From positions 1 to 36,559 of IMG/VR virus record IMGVR_UViG_3300045988_045243: 36,559 nucleotides of DNA; one strand, written 5' to 3'. Both the position numbers and the translations under genes were made by a program. Origin of the DNA: a virus. Below are positions 1-8,805 of this stretch, in pieces (positions within the stretch are counted from its first letter, which is position 1; each line of letters starts with the position of its first letter). The notes beneath the pieces are model-generated. The model did no database searches and had not been told where the DNA came from. It saw only the letters and a list, made by a program, of their open reading frames with translations.

Positions 1-99
1 ATTTTTTTTGATAGCTGATCCATATTTTTCTCCTTTTAGTTATTTCGATTTTCGCTCGGTAATTAAAGTATAGGAGACAGTAAAAAAATATGCAAGTAA
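1..99. repeat. 99-bp terminal direct repeat, identical to 36461..36559; circular-contig overlap
   Basis: Base-by-base comparison of the first 99 nt with the last 99 nt shows identity. The minus-strand gene starting at 36483 begins inside the repeat. Confidence 0.95.
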
Positions 100-116
100 A
101 AGAGGAGGTGTGGTAG

Positions 117-488
117 ATGGGGGTAAAAAAATTAGAAACGATAAAAATTAGTATGGAAAAAGGCAAAGCAAAAGTAGAAGTAAATGGTGAAGATATTTCA
201 TCATACGGAAGTTATCTGAACCTTACGTTTGAAAATGGAGAATGGTCGCTGATGACTACAAGAGATAGTTTTTATTGTTCAGGTGATCGTAAGCCTTTAA
301 TCATAGGGAAAACAAACGATAAGACACGGTATTGCCCGAAGTGTTTTTCAGAATTGCCGGAAGATGCAAATTATTGTCCAAAATGTGGGAAATGTATGCG
401 AGAACAGTTTAAGTATGAACAAGGTTATATTGGCGAAAAGTCGAAAACTGTAACTGTTGGTTTTCAAGATAAGGCAATTAAATTATAG
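117..488 (+). CDS. Hypothetical protein with a C-terminal zinc ribbon (CPKC..CPKC)
   Basis: ORF preceded by AGAGGAGGTG. It has two CxxC pairs (YCPKCFSELPEDANYCPKCG). Confidence 0.7.
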   Translation: MGVKKLETIKISMEKGKAKVEVNGEDISSYGSYLNLTFENGEWSLMTTRDSFYCSGDRKPLIIGKTNDKTRYCPKCFSELPEDANYCPKCGKCMREQFKYEQGYIGEKSKTVTVGFQDKAIKL

Positions 489-535
489 GAAACACGTACA
501 ACCCGTAACACATAGAGTTTAGAGAGGTGGTGTAA

Positions 536-634
536 GTGAAACCAGATATGGTGAAAATTATGCAGATTATGATCAGCTTGCTGGAAGAGCAAGAAGAGGC
601 AGTGATCGAATACGAATTAGAGGAAACCGCTTAG
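536..634 (+). CDS. Small acidic hypothetical protein (32 aa, GTG start)
   Basis: GTG preceded by AGAGAGGTGGTG. Hand translation: VKPDMVKIMQIMISLLEEQEEAVIEYELEETA. Confidence 0.3.
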   Translation: MKPDMVKIMQIMISLLEEQEEAVIEYELEETA

Positions 635-657
635 GCGGTAGAGGGGAGGGACAAGCA

Positions 658-801
658 GTGAAAAGCAACAGCATTAAGGCAAAACGCCAGAGACGAGATA
701 TCCTAACCGGAGTTCTAATCGGCTTCGGTGCCGGAGTGGTAGCAGCAGGATTATTTTTGATAGTATTGCTGGTTTACTGCCGAATGGCAGGACCGATATA
801 G
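658..801 (+). CDS. Small single-pass membrane protein (47 aa, GTG start)
   Basis: GTG preceded by GAGGGGAGGG. A basic N-terminus is followed by the hydrophobic stretch ILTGVLIGFGAGVVAAGLFLIVLLVY. Confidence 0.4.
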   Translation: MKSNSIKAKRQRRDILTGVLIGFGAGVVAAGLFLIVLLVYCRMAGPI

Positions 802-816
802 AAGGAGGTGAGGAAG

Positions 817-1056
817 ATGGATAGACCGAAGTGGATAAAAGCTGGTCTGGAGATTGCAGAACACTTGAAAGCGATCCAGAGGATTATCGAGCAAAACGGT
901 ATGGACAGACTCAGTATGGCTTCTTTTTCGCATGATAGAACATGGGGAACGTACATTGATGATAATAATGACAAAAAGCATTGGACCGTAGAAGTGGACG
1001 AAAAAGGTGTCGTGAATTTAGAGGAGAGTAGTTTTAAATTCTATACAAAAATGTAG
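817..1056 (+). CDS. Hypothetical protein
   Basis: ATG at 817 lies 7 nt after GAAGGAGGTG. The ORF track extends to a GTG at 808. Confidence 0.6.
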   Translation: MDRPKWIKAGLEIAEHLKAIQRIIEQNGMDRLSMASFSHDRTWGTYIDDNNDKKHWTVEVDEKGVVNLEESSFKFYTKM

Positions 1057-1138
1057 AGCGCTTACATATGCCCGGCAAGGCGTAAGCACTCTGAAAATTA
1101 ACCAATTAAATTATATCGAAGTAAAGGAGTTTAGTCAA

Positions 1139-1603
1139 ATGGCAAATTTGTATGAAATTAATGAGCAGATTTTAAGTTGTGTAGATATGGAGACGGGAGA
1201 AATTATTGATGCGGATAAGTTGCAGGACTTACAGCTTGCGTTTGATGAAAAAGTGGAGGGGATTGCTTGCTGGATTAAGAATCTTCTTTCCGATGCAGCT
1301 GCTATTAAGGCAGAGAAAGACGCATTAGCGGAAAGGGAAAAGGCATGTAAGAATAAAGCGGAATCTTTAAAGAACTACTTATCAAGTGTTCTATCCGGTA
1401 CTAAGTTTAAAAGTCCGAAAGTATCAATTTCTTATCGAAAATCAGAATCGGTTGAAGTAGTGGATGTAACTAGGGTCCCTGAAGAGTTCCTGAAATATGC
1501 CGAACCGACGGTGGATAAAACAAAAGTTAAAGAGGCTATTAAGAATGGAATGGAACTTAAAGGTGTTTCTTTGATAGAAAAGCAGAACATTCAGATTAAA
1601 TAG
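1139..1603 (+). CDS. Siphovirus Gp157-like protein (recombination module)
   Basis: N-terminal MANLYEINEQI, a central coiled coil, and C-terminal SISYRKSESVEV..DVTRVPEEF..DKTKVKEAIKNG..GVSL fit my recollection of the Gp157 family. It sits upstream of a Sak4-like ATPase. Confidence 0.7.
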   Translation: MANLYEINEQILSCVDMETGEIIDADKLQDLQLAFDEKVEGIACWIKNLLSDAAAIKAEKDALAEREKACKNKAESLKNYLSSVLSGTKFKSPKVSISYRKSESVEVVDVTRVPEEFLKYAEPTVDKTKVKEAIKNGMELKGVSLIEKQNIQIK

Positions 1604-1611
1604 GGAGGTTA

Positions 1612-1815
1612 GTGATGGCGGATGGATTAATACATATTCCGGCAAGAAAGAAGCAGCCAGTCGAAGAGCAAACTGTCGTGAAGCTTACGCCGGAAGCATA
1701 TAACGCATTAGTAGATATCTATAATGAATCAACATTATCCTTAAAGCAGATTGCCAGTTTGCTAATTGTAAAATCTGTAGATAGGGTTGTATTTGATAAG
1801 GAGGACGGAAGATAA
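1612..1815 (+). CDS. Hypothetical protein
   Basis: ORF with a GGAGG RBS, tightly packed in the early operon. Confidence 0.55.
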   Translation: MMADGLIHIPARKKQPVEEQTVVKLTPEAYNALVDIYNESTLSLKQIASLLIVKSVDRVVFDKEDGR

Positions 1816-2457
1816 ATGAGCAAAGTAATTTGTATTGCCGGAGAATCAGGCTCCGGAAAAACGACAAGCATGAGAAATCTAGATCCGAAGACAACATATT
1901 ATATTGATGCAGATTGCAAGGGATTGTCTTGGAAAGGGTGGAGAAAACAGTATAACACAGAAAACAGGAACTACAAAGCAACGGATGATGCAAATATTGT
2001 AAGGCAGTATATCAAGAGATTGGCAGAGGGATGTCCGAACATCAAAGTCATTGTAATTGACACAATCAACGGGCTTATGGTAGCTGATGAGATGCGCAGG
2101 AGTAAGGAAAAGGGATATGACAAATGGGTGGACTTGGCTGCGTGCGTGTGGGACTTAGTGTGTGAGTGCTATACCTACAGGGACGATCTAACAATAATTT
2201 TCACAGCGCATACCCAGACGGATCACGATGAGAACGGCTATATGTTTACGAGAATCAAAACTTCCGGGAAGAAACTGGACAAGATTGTGCTTGAGAGTAA
2301 GTTTACAACGGTGCTCCTTAGCAAATGTGTTGATGGGCAGTATAAATTTGAAACACAAGCAAATAACAGCACAGCAAAATCTCCGCTGGGAGCGTTTAAA
2401 GAATTTGAAATCGATAACGATATTGTAGAAGTAATTAAAGCATTGGAGGACTTTTAA
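1816..2457 (+). CDS. AAA-family (AAA_24 / Sak4-like, RecA-core) ATPase
   Basis: Walker A GESGSGKT and Walker B-like VIVIDT. Size and position between Gp157 and a DUF669-like gene are typical of phage Sak4 modules. Confidence 0.8.
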   Translation: MSKVICIAGESGSGKTTSMRNLDPKTTYYIDADCKGLSWKGWRKQYNTENRNYKATDDANIVRQYIKRLAEGCPNIKVIVIDTINGLMVADEMRRSKEKGYDKWVDLAACVWDLVCECYTYRDDLTIIFTAHTQTDHDENGYMFTRIKTSGKKLDKIVLESKFTTVLLSKCVDGQYKFETQANNSTAKSPLGAFKEFEIDNDIVEVIKALEDF

Positions 2458-2458
2458 C

Positions 2459-3064
2459 ATGAAAAAACCTAACAACTACGAAAATACACAGGCGCAGGGG
2501 GAATTTACCCCCGTGGAGCTTGGCGGTCACTATATGATCATTAAAGAAGTTTTAGAAATGCAGTCCAAAACTGGAAAAGATATGATAAAAATTTCTTTTG
2601 ATTTTTCTACCGCAGACAAACAGGCGGGATATTTCACGGAAGTATTTAAAAACGACATCCGGCCAGAAAAGAAGTGGCCGAATCAGGCAACGCAGTACAT
2701 TTTGACAGAGGATCAAGATGGAAATTGTAGCCGGTCATTTAAAACATTCCTTACTTGTGTAGAACACTCCAACACAGGGTTTGAAACACAGTGGGGAGAC
2801 AATTTCGGAGCTCAGTTCAAGAATAAAATCGTCGGGGGAGTATTTGGACCTCAGATGGATTATTACGATGGAAGAGAGCGCGAGAAAAGAGTCCTTCGCT
2901 GGTTTATTTCCACTGACAAGGTGAAAGAAGCGCAGGTTCCAGAAATGTCGGAAACGCAAGCCTACAAGAATCGAATGAATGGTTATCATCCGGCATCCAC
3001 TCCGGCAGGAGATGGCTTCATGAACATCCCGGACGGAATTGATGAAGAATTACCATTTAATTAG
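2459..3064 (+). CDS. DUF669-like phage protein (putative ssDNA-binding partner of Sak4)
   Basis: Position directly after the AAA_24 ATPase. The N-terminal segment GEFTPVELGGHYMIIKEV..SKTGKDMIKISF resembles DUF669 as I recall it. Confidence 0.5.
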   Translation: MKKPNNYENTQAQGEFTPVELGGHYMIIKEVLEMQSKTGKDMIKISFDFSTADKQAGYFTEVFKNDIRPEKKWPNQATQYILTEDQDGNCSRSFKTFLTCVEHSNTGFETQWGDNFGAQFKNKIVGGVFGPQMDYYDGREREKRVLRWFISTDKVKEAQVPEMSETQAYKNRMNGYHPASTPAGDGFMNIPDGIDEELPFN

Positions 3065-3590
3065 GGGTGATGTTGTGGATATACAAATTGATACAAGAGA
3101 AAAGCAAAGAGCTATTCGAAAAATCATTAAGACATTCGACGATCATGGTATTAAGCATTTTTCGAGCAAGCTTATGGTTGGGGATTACATGTCCTTAGAT
3201 AATCCCCGGCTTATTATTGACAGGAAGCAGAATCTGCAGGAGCTCTGTGGAAATGTCTGCCAGCAACATGAGCGGTTTAAACGTGAGCTGCTAAAGGCGA
3301 TAGATGCAGGGATACAGATCGTGATACTTGTGGAGCATGGACCGGACATAAAAACGCTGGAAGATGTTTATTTTTGGAAGAACCCAAGGAAGCACGAGGT
3401 GCGGTGGAGATGGGTTAACGGAAAGCGAGAGAAATATATTGTTTCCTCAAAAGCGGTTGACGGAAACCAATTATATAAATCTCTGTGTACGATTCGTGAC
3501 CGGTACAATGTACAATTTGAGTTTTGTGAAAAGAAAGATACTGGGGACGAAATCATCCGGATATTAAGCGGTGAGCACTATGACCAGTGA
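3039..3590 (+). CDS. ERCC4/XPF-type nuclease (putative junction resolvase)
   Basis: GDY...DRK...ELCGN...ERFKRE pattern. The true start may be the GTG at 3075, after AGGGGTGATG. Confidence 0.6.
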   Translation: MMKNYHLIRGDVVDIQIDTREKQRAIRKIIKTFDDHGIKHFSSKLMVGDYMSLDNPRLIIDRKQNLQELCGNVCQQHERFKRELLKAIDAGIQIVILVEHGPDIKTLEDVYFWKNPRKHEVRWRWVNGKREKYIVSSKAVDGNQLYKSLCTIRDRYNVQFEFCEKKDTGDEIIRILSGEHYDQ

Positions 3591-4071
3591 TGATATCAAA
3601 AAAATATATAGTATGCAAGATATTATTTATAAATGTGGGCTTGGGCATCCGAACCGAGCAGGCTTTATCAGGTGCCCGTTCCACAACGAAAAAACCGCAT
3701 CTATGAAGATATATCGAGATTCGTATTATTGCTTTGGTTGCGGAGAAAATGGAGATATATTCACTTTTCTACAGAAATTCTACGGAATCCCATTTAAAGA
3801 CGCTTTTAGAATGCTTGGCGGATCATATGAAAAACCGACATTTTCGTCTAACCTTGCTATATATAAGGCGAAAAAAGAGCAGGAAATGCGTAAGAAGAAG
3901 GAAGAGCAACTTAAAAGGAAGCAGGAACATAACAATATGCTGATTGATATATACCGAGACTGGATGAACCGGTCAGAACCATTATCTGATACATGGTGCG
4001 ATTGCTGCAATGCATTGCAACTAGAATTATATCATCACGAAATTTTAAACGAAGAAAGGGCAGGACGTTGA
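3571..4071 (+). CDS. CHC2 zinc-finger primase-type protein with no TOPRIM domain visible
   Basis: CPFHNEKTASMKIYRDSYYCFGCGENGD is the DnaG-type zf-CHC2 motif. The rest is Lys/Glu-rich. Confidence 0.8.
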   Translation: MSTMTSDDIKKIYSMQDIIYKCGLGHPNRAGFIRCPFHNEKTASMKIYRDSYYCFGCGENGDIFTFLQKFYGIPFKDAFRMLGGSYEKPTFSSNLAIYKAKKEQEMRKKKEEQLKRKQEHNNMLIDIYRDWMNRSEPLSDTWCDCCNALQLELYHHEILNEERAGR

Positions 4072-5924
4072 AAAATTTAATTGAATATGACCAAAAAAGC
4101 ATCCTGTCGGAGGAAGTGTTTATTGAGGTATTCGAACAGGAAGATGTAATACTGCAGGCGAGGATGTTGCTATCTCTTCAAGATCGGGCGAAGGAGCTTG
4201 GAGTAAAACAGAAATTTGATGATCTTGTAAAAGTTTATAAAAGTGTGGATCGGGAAAGGCGAAAAAGTAAGGCATCAAAAACCATGCTGGATCAATGGAC
4301 AAATTTTACCGGTCCGTATGACAACATGATGTGTGGTGCCTGGATTGCTGGTGATGATGGAATACATACATTTAATAAGGATTATTCGAATGAGGTCCTT
4401 GCCTGTTATCATCCAATACTTCCGATCAAGCGAATGAAAAACTTAGAGACAGGAGAAGAACAGCTCCGAGTAGCTTATAAAAGAAACCATTCCTGGAAAG
4501 AGATCACAGTGCCCAAAGATTTAGTGTCGTCTGCCAGCAAGATTGTCTCTCTATCAAAACTGGGTGTGGCCGTTACGTCAGAAAATGCGAAGCTGTTGGT
4601 AAAGTATCTTTCAGATGTGGAGAACTTAAATGATGACGCAATTCCGGTTCAGATGTCGAGCTCTAAACTTGGATGGATTGGTGATGGGTTTATTCCCTAC
4701 GATACAGAGATTGTATTTGATGGAGATATGCAGTTTAAGTCGGTTTTTGAAAGTATTTCATCTAATGGAAATAAAACTGTATGGTTAGATTATCTTAAAA
4801 ATCTTCGCAAGACAGGAAGAATGGAAATCAAATTCCTTTTAGCTGCTTCGCTGGCGAGCGTGTTAGTCGCTCAAGTTGGAGCACTTCCGTTTATCGTGGA
4901 TCTATGGGGAGAAACTGAAGGTGGAAAGACAGTGGCGCTTATGATGGCTGCATCCGTTTGGGCGAACCCGGCAGATAGTCAGTATATTGGAGATTTTAAA
5001 ACTACAGACGTGGCGCTGGAAACAAAGTGTAATCTATTAAATCATTTGCCGCTTATGTTGGATGATTCCTCTAAGACCAGTGCCAGAATCAGGGATAACT
5101 TTGAAGGAGTTGTGTACGATCTGTGTTCAGGAAAAGGAAAGAGCCGATCAAATAAAGAACTTGGGATTCGCAGAGAAAATAACTGGAAAAATGTGATTAT
5201 AACAAATGGTGAGCGTCCTTTGTCTTCTTATGTAGGACAGGGCGGAGCAATCAACCGAATCTTGGAGGTTGAGTGTAAGGATCATGTATTTCCGGATCCA
5301 CAGGAAGCAGCAGAAACATTTAAGAAAAATTATGGTCATTTAGGAAAACAATTTGTGAAGGTTTTGAAAAAGCTTGGTAGGGACGGAATAAGAGAGATAC
5401 AACAGGAGATCCAGCGTAAAGTCTATAAAGAAGATAAGATGCAGAAGCAGAGCATCTCATTATCTATCGTGCTCACTGCTGACAAGATTGCCACGGACTA
5501 TATATTCCATGATGGAATGTATATAGACATCTCGGAAGCGCAGGAAGTCCTTGTGGATCATTCGGAGTTATCTGAGCATGAAAGATGCTATAACTATTTA
5601 CTTGACAAGATAAGCATGAATAATCAGCGTTTTGACACAGAAACCAAAGTGGAAAAATGGGGAATTATTGAGGACGGATACGCAATTATTTATCTACAGG
5701 CATTTAAGGAATTATGTAATCAGGGCGGATTTTCTGATAAAGCATTCCTTGCCTGGGCAGATAGAAATGCGGTGATTCAAACATCCAACGGACGCTTGAA
5801 TAAACTAAAAAAGATAAATGGGAAGCCGAAGCGCTGCATTTTCCTTAAGCTTAATGAGTATGAGGACGAGGACGGATTTGAGCCAGAAGATCTATATGAT
5901 CAGGAAGAACTACCGTTTAGATAA
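4068..5924 (+). CDS. Replicative SF3-type helicase (DUF927/primase-helicase-like)
   Basis: Walker A GETEGGKT and Walker B LPLMLDD. The proposed TTG start at 4068 overlaps the upstream TGA (gTTGA). The ORF stays open back to 3993. Confidence 0.65.
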   Translation: MKNLIEYDQKSILSEEVFIEVFEQEDVILQARMLLSLQDRAKELGVKQKFDDLVKVYKSVDRERRKSKASKTMLDQWTNFTGPYDNMMCGAWIAGDDGIHTFNKDYSNEVLACYHPILPIKRMKNLETGEEQLRVAYKRNHSWKEITVPKDLVSSASKIVSLSKLGVAVTSENAKLLVKYLSDVENLNDDAIPVQMSSSKLGWIGDGFIPYDTEIVFDGDMQFKSVFESISSNGNKTVWLDYLKNLRKTGRMEIKFLLAASLASVLVAQVGALPFIVDLWGETEGGKTVALMMAASVWANPADSQYIGDFKTTDVALETKCNLLNHLPLMLDDSSKTSARIRDNFEGVVYDLCSGKGKSRSNKELGIRRENNWKNVIITNGERPLSSYVGQGGAINRILEVECKDHVFPDPQEAAETFKKNYGHLGKQFVKVLKKLGRDGIREIQQEIQRKVYKEDKMQKQSISLSIVLTADKIATDYIFHDGMYIDISEAQEVLVDHSELSEHERCYNYLLDKISMNNQRFDTETKVEKWGIIEDGYAIIYLQAFKELCNQGGFSDKAFLAWADRNAVIQTSNGRLNKLKKINGKPKRCIFLKLNEYEDEDGFEPEDLYDQEELPFR

Positions 5925-5935
5925 AAGGCAAAGAG

Positions 5936-6157
5936 GGTAACCGGTAACCAAGGTAACCGAGTAACCATGCGTTTTCTATATATACATATATGTGTGTGGG
6001 TGTGTGGATGGAACACAGACACAAAGTCCCTTATAAGGAAAATCAATGGTTACCTTGGTTACCATAAAGGAAATACCAGAAAAACCGCATAAAATCAACG
6101 AAAAACAGGGTAACCGAATTGTGGTTACAAAATTGTAAAAATGGTTACGTTGGTTAC
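5936..6157. repeat. Iteron cluster: 10 copies of GGTAAC(C)/GGTTAC(C) around an AT/alternating-purine-pyrimidine core; candidate replication origin
   Basis: Copies on one strand: 5936, 5943, 5952, 5961 and 6109. Inverted copies: 6048, 6057, 6123, 6143 and 6152. The central tract is tatatatacatatatgtgtgtgggtgtgtgg. Confidence 0.6.
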
Positions 6158-6170
6158 GGAGGATAGGAAT

Positions 6171-6401
6171 ATGGAAGATATTATACAGAGAATCAGCGAC
6201 ATTTACAACGATTGCTGGAAAAGCTATAAGCAATATTTAGAAGATAACAATATGGCAGCATACAATAAGAGATCCAAAAAGCTCATGGAAAAATATTCGT
6301 GCAAATCGGACATTACAGATCTGCTGCTATGGTTTGCTGGAAAAGTAAATGCTCTGCACGAAATCTATATGGGAGGTGAGGGGCATGTCAATCATTCGTA
6401 G
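6171..6401 (+). CDS. Hypothetical protein
   Basis: ATG at 6171 follows GGAGGATAGG. The upstream ATG at 6141 lies inside an iteron. Confidence 0.55.
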   Translation: MEDIIQRISDIYNDCWKSYKQYLEDNNMAAYNKRSKKLMEKYSCKSDITDLLLWFAGKVNALHEIYMGGEGHVNHS

Positions 6402-6582
6402 CATTAGAGGTGGGAGTGCAGGTTTAAACGAAGAAGATAGGATGACAATTGCAGGACTTCTAATGAAGGCAGGATATAGGGTACAGATTGGTTATCGCGT
6501 TATTCCTGGGAACACAAAAGGCAAGAAGGAGTATGTGATCGAATATGAAGAAATTGAGCAGAAAGAATGTGCTGAGAAATGA
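6385..6582 (+). CDS. Hypothetical protein
   Basis: ATG at 6385 follows GGGAGGTGAGGGG. Confidence 0.5.
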   Translation: MSIIRSIRGGSAGLNEEDRMTIAGLLMKAGYRVQIGYRVIPGNTKGKKEYVIEYEEIEQKECAEK

Positions 6583-7039
6583 AATTCCGGGACAGATGAG
6601 TATTGAGGACTTTCCGGAATATCTACCGGAAAGTTATAGCAGGGGGGGGCAAATGAGCAGGGCAGAGGTAAGGCGCCGAAAGCGCGAAAATGAAAAGAAG
6701 GCTAAGACATTCGTAATGACCGCCGAGGAACTCCAAAAAGTCCGGCTACAGGAACGTGAGAAAGTTAAACAGGAGCTCCGAGAGCGTGAGGATGAGCTGG
6801 CAGAGCAAATATGGTTCATGCTCTTGGCAATACCGACCAATGTCTTGATTGCCGATTACTGGCCAAAGACAGCCAGGAAACGGATTCCGGAGTTCGTAGA
6901 AAAGTGTATGGATCTCTATCAAGCGTGGGAACAGGGTGCGGTAGATATGACACAGATGCAGGCGTTAACAGAAGAGTATGCCAAGATAAAGCTTGTTAAA
7001 GAGGGCACGGCAACAGCCAAAGTTGCAAAAAAGATGTAA
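6545..7039 (+). CDS. Hypothetical protein with a charged coiled-coil region
   Basis: The start is ambiguous: 6545, 6596 or 6653. The gene contains a G8 homopolymer at 6642..6649. Confidence 0.55.
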   Translation: MKKLSRKNVLRNEIPGQMSIEDFPEYLPESYSRGGQMSRAEVRRRKRENEKKAKTFVMTAEELQKVRLQEREKVKQELREREDELAEQIWFMLLAIPTNVLIADYWPKTARKRIPEFVEKCMDLYQAWEQGAVDMTQMQALTEEYAKIKLVKEGTATAKVAKKM

Positions 7040-7175
7040 AAAGATAGGGTAATTTAGGTGAGTATGCGTAACTAAAAAATAGCAGCGGACTATATGTCTT
7101 GCCGGACCGTCCACTGCTCATCTTTCTAAGGACATTATAACACATGCGTCCTTAGGAAACAAGGAGGACGATGTT

Positions 7176-8237
7176 ATGTGTACGAAAAAAGAAGAATTAA
7201 GAGACACAATATTAACAGGTATGCAGCCATTTTTAAATGCGCCACTTATGGAGATTCTGAACCAAGTAGTAGTGCAGGCGCTCTTCGGGATTGAGGTGAC
7301 AGAGAGTGAGACATTGCCGGCAACGATAGACGATACGAACCAGCGGATCATAGCAATCTATATGACCAAGAAAGCGCCGAAGCTAAGTCCAAAGACAGTA
7401 GAGTATTATATGCTCACAATCCGAAACTTTATCGAGTTCGTTCAGAAATCTCTTTTAGACGTATCCGACATGGATGTGGAGTTTTATTTACAGTCCTATG
7501 CCAGAAAAGGTAATCAAGCAAGTACGATTAATAACGAGCGCCGGAACTTAAGTGCTTTCTTCACTTGGATGAGAAAGAGCCATTTGAGAAGTGACAATCC
7601 AGTGGACAGTGTGGAACCGTATCGAGAGATGGACAAGCCTATTGACCATCTGACCGATGGTGAACTGGAAGCATTGAGAGATGCGTGTAAGGTTAAGGTG
7701 AGAAATAAAGTAACAGACTTGGACGAGTATAAAGAGAGCCTTAGAGACAGGGCGCTGTTGGAGTTTCTCCGGAGTACCGCTGTGAGGGTAAGCGAATGCG
7801 TATCGGTAAACGTGCAGGATATCAACTGGCAGTCTGGCGAACTTATGGTCTATGGACAGAAAAACAGGACGTGGAGAACCGTCTGCTTAGATGATACCGC
7901 GAAGTACCATCTGAAAAAGTACATCGATAGCCGAAACGATAAAGAGCCGGCACTGTTTATCTCCAGCAAGCGAGACTGTAAGCGATTAGCGAAACCGGGA
8001 ATTGAGAGTGCCATCGGCAGGATAGCAGAGAGGTCTGGACTTAAGAGACGAGTATATCCGCATCTCTTCCGTAAGACAACAGCAACCAATATGGTTAAAC
8101 GCGGCTGTCCGAGAGAATTGGTAGCGTTTTATCTTGGTCATAAAAACGGAGATGCGAGAACGCTTAATAAACATTATGCTGCTACTACTCCGGATCAGGT
8201 ACTTGGAGCGTTTAGGAAGTACGGTGCGGCTGCATAG
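7176..8237 (+). CDS. Tyrosine site-specific recombinase (XerC/D-like phage integrase family)
   Basis: N-terminal SAM-like core-binding domain. Catalytic pattern: R (TAVRVSE), HLFRKT (H-x-x-R), LGH and a terminal KHY tyrosine. RBS is AAGGAGG. Confidence 0.85.
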   Translation: MCTKKEELRDTILTGMQPFLNAPLMEILNQVVVQALFGIEVTESETLPATIDDTNQRIIAIYMTKKAPKLSPKTVEYYMLTIRNFIEFVQKSLLDVSDMDVEFYLQSYARKGNQASTINNERRNLSAFFTWMRKSHLRSDNPVDSVEPYREMDKPIDHLTDGELEALRDACKVKVRNKVTDLDEYKESLRDRALLEFLRSTAVRVSECVSVNVQDINWQSGELMVYGQKNRTWRTVCLDDTAKYHLKKYIDSRNDKEPALFISSKRDCKRLAKPGIESAIGRIAERSGLKRRVYPHLFRKTTATNMVKRGCPRELVAFYLGHKNGDARTLNKHYAATTPDQVLGAFRKYGAAA

Positions 8238-8345
8238 CAACTAACAGTATAGAACCTATACCAGTAGTGCGTGTCCTATACTGCTGGTTGGGTTAGATAG
8301 AATTAACTAAGTAACTAAATTAGTATTTAGGAGAGGTAATAGAAA

Positions 8346-8780
8346 ATGGAAGAGAGCGTTGACCTTGAATATTATGATTTGAAAGGTGGAACACACCACA
8401 TTTACATGGCTCCAGGAAATGTGCAGTGGATTTGCAACATTCTGTTTAATACAGAGAAAATGTTTGATGACTTTATCAATGATCCACCAGAGTGGGCAAA
8501 AGATATAGCCGGATGGGATTGGGATATGCAGATAAAACGTGATCGTATCCACAAAATACGAATGCAGGTCGAAGAAGGACTTGGATATAGCACAGAGGAA
8601 CATTGGAAGAAATGCTTAAAGAAACGTGGAAAGAAGAAAAATGATGATATTGGCGGAGATGCTTTAGAACTTGCATTTAATAGAGCGTATGAAAAGAAAA
8701 ATGAAGTTCCAAAAGAACCGACACAGGAAAAACTAGTCAAAAAGGATAAACAGATGAGCATCTTTGACATCATGAAATAA
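8346..8780 (+). CDS. Hypothetical protein
   Basis: ORF with RBS GGAGAGG. Confidence 0.6.
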   Translation: MEESVDLEYYDLKGGTHHIYMAPGNVQWICNILFNTEKMFDDFINDPPEWAKDIAGWDWDMQIKRDRIHKIRMQVEEGLGYSTEEHWKKCLKKRGKKKNDDIGGDALELAFNRAYEKKNEVPKEPTQEKLVKKDKQMSIFDIMK

Positions 8781-8805
8781 ACTGAGATTTAGTGAGGTGA
8801 TAAGT

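Noticed and set aside
5976-6233. 85-aa minus-strand ORF, and the ATG at 6141, within the iteron region
   Set aside because: Both overlap the repeat array and the alternating-purine-pyrimidine tract, and the ATG at 6141 is part of an iteron (atGGTTAC). The region is interpreted as non-coding ori, with the downstream gene starting at 6171.
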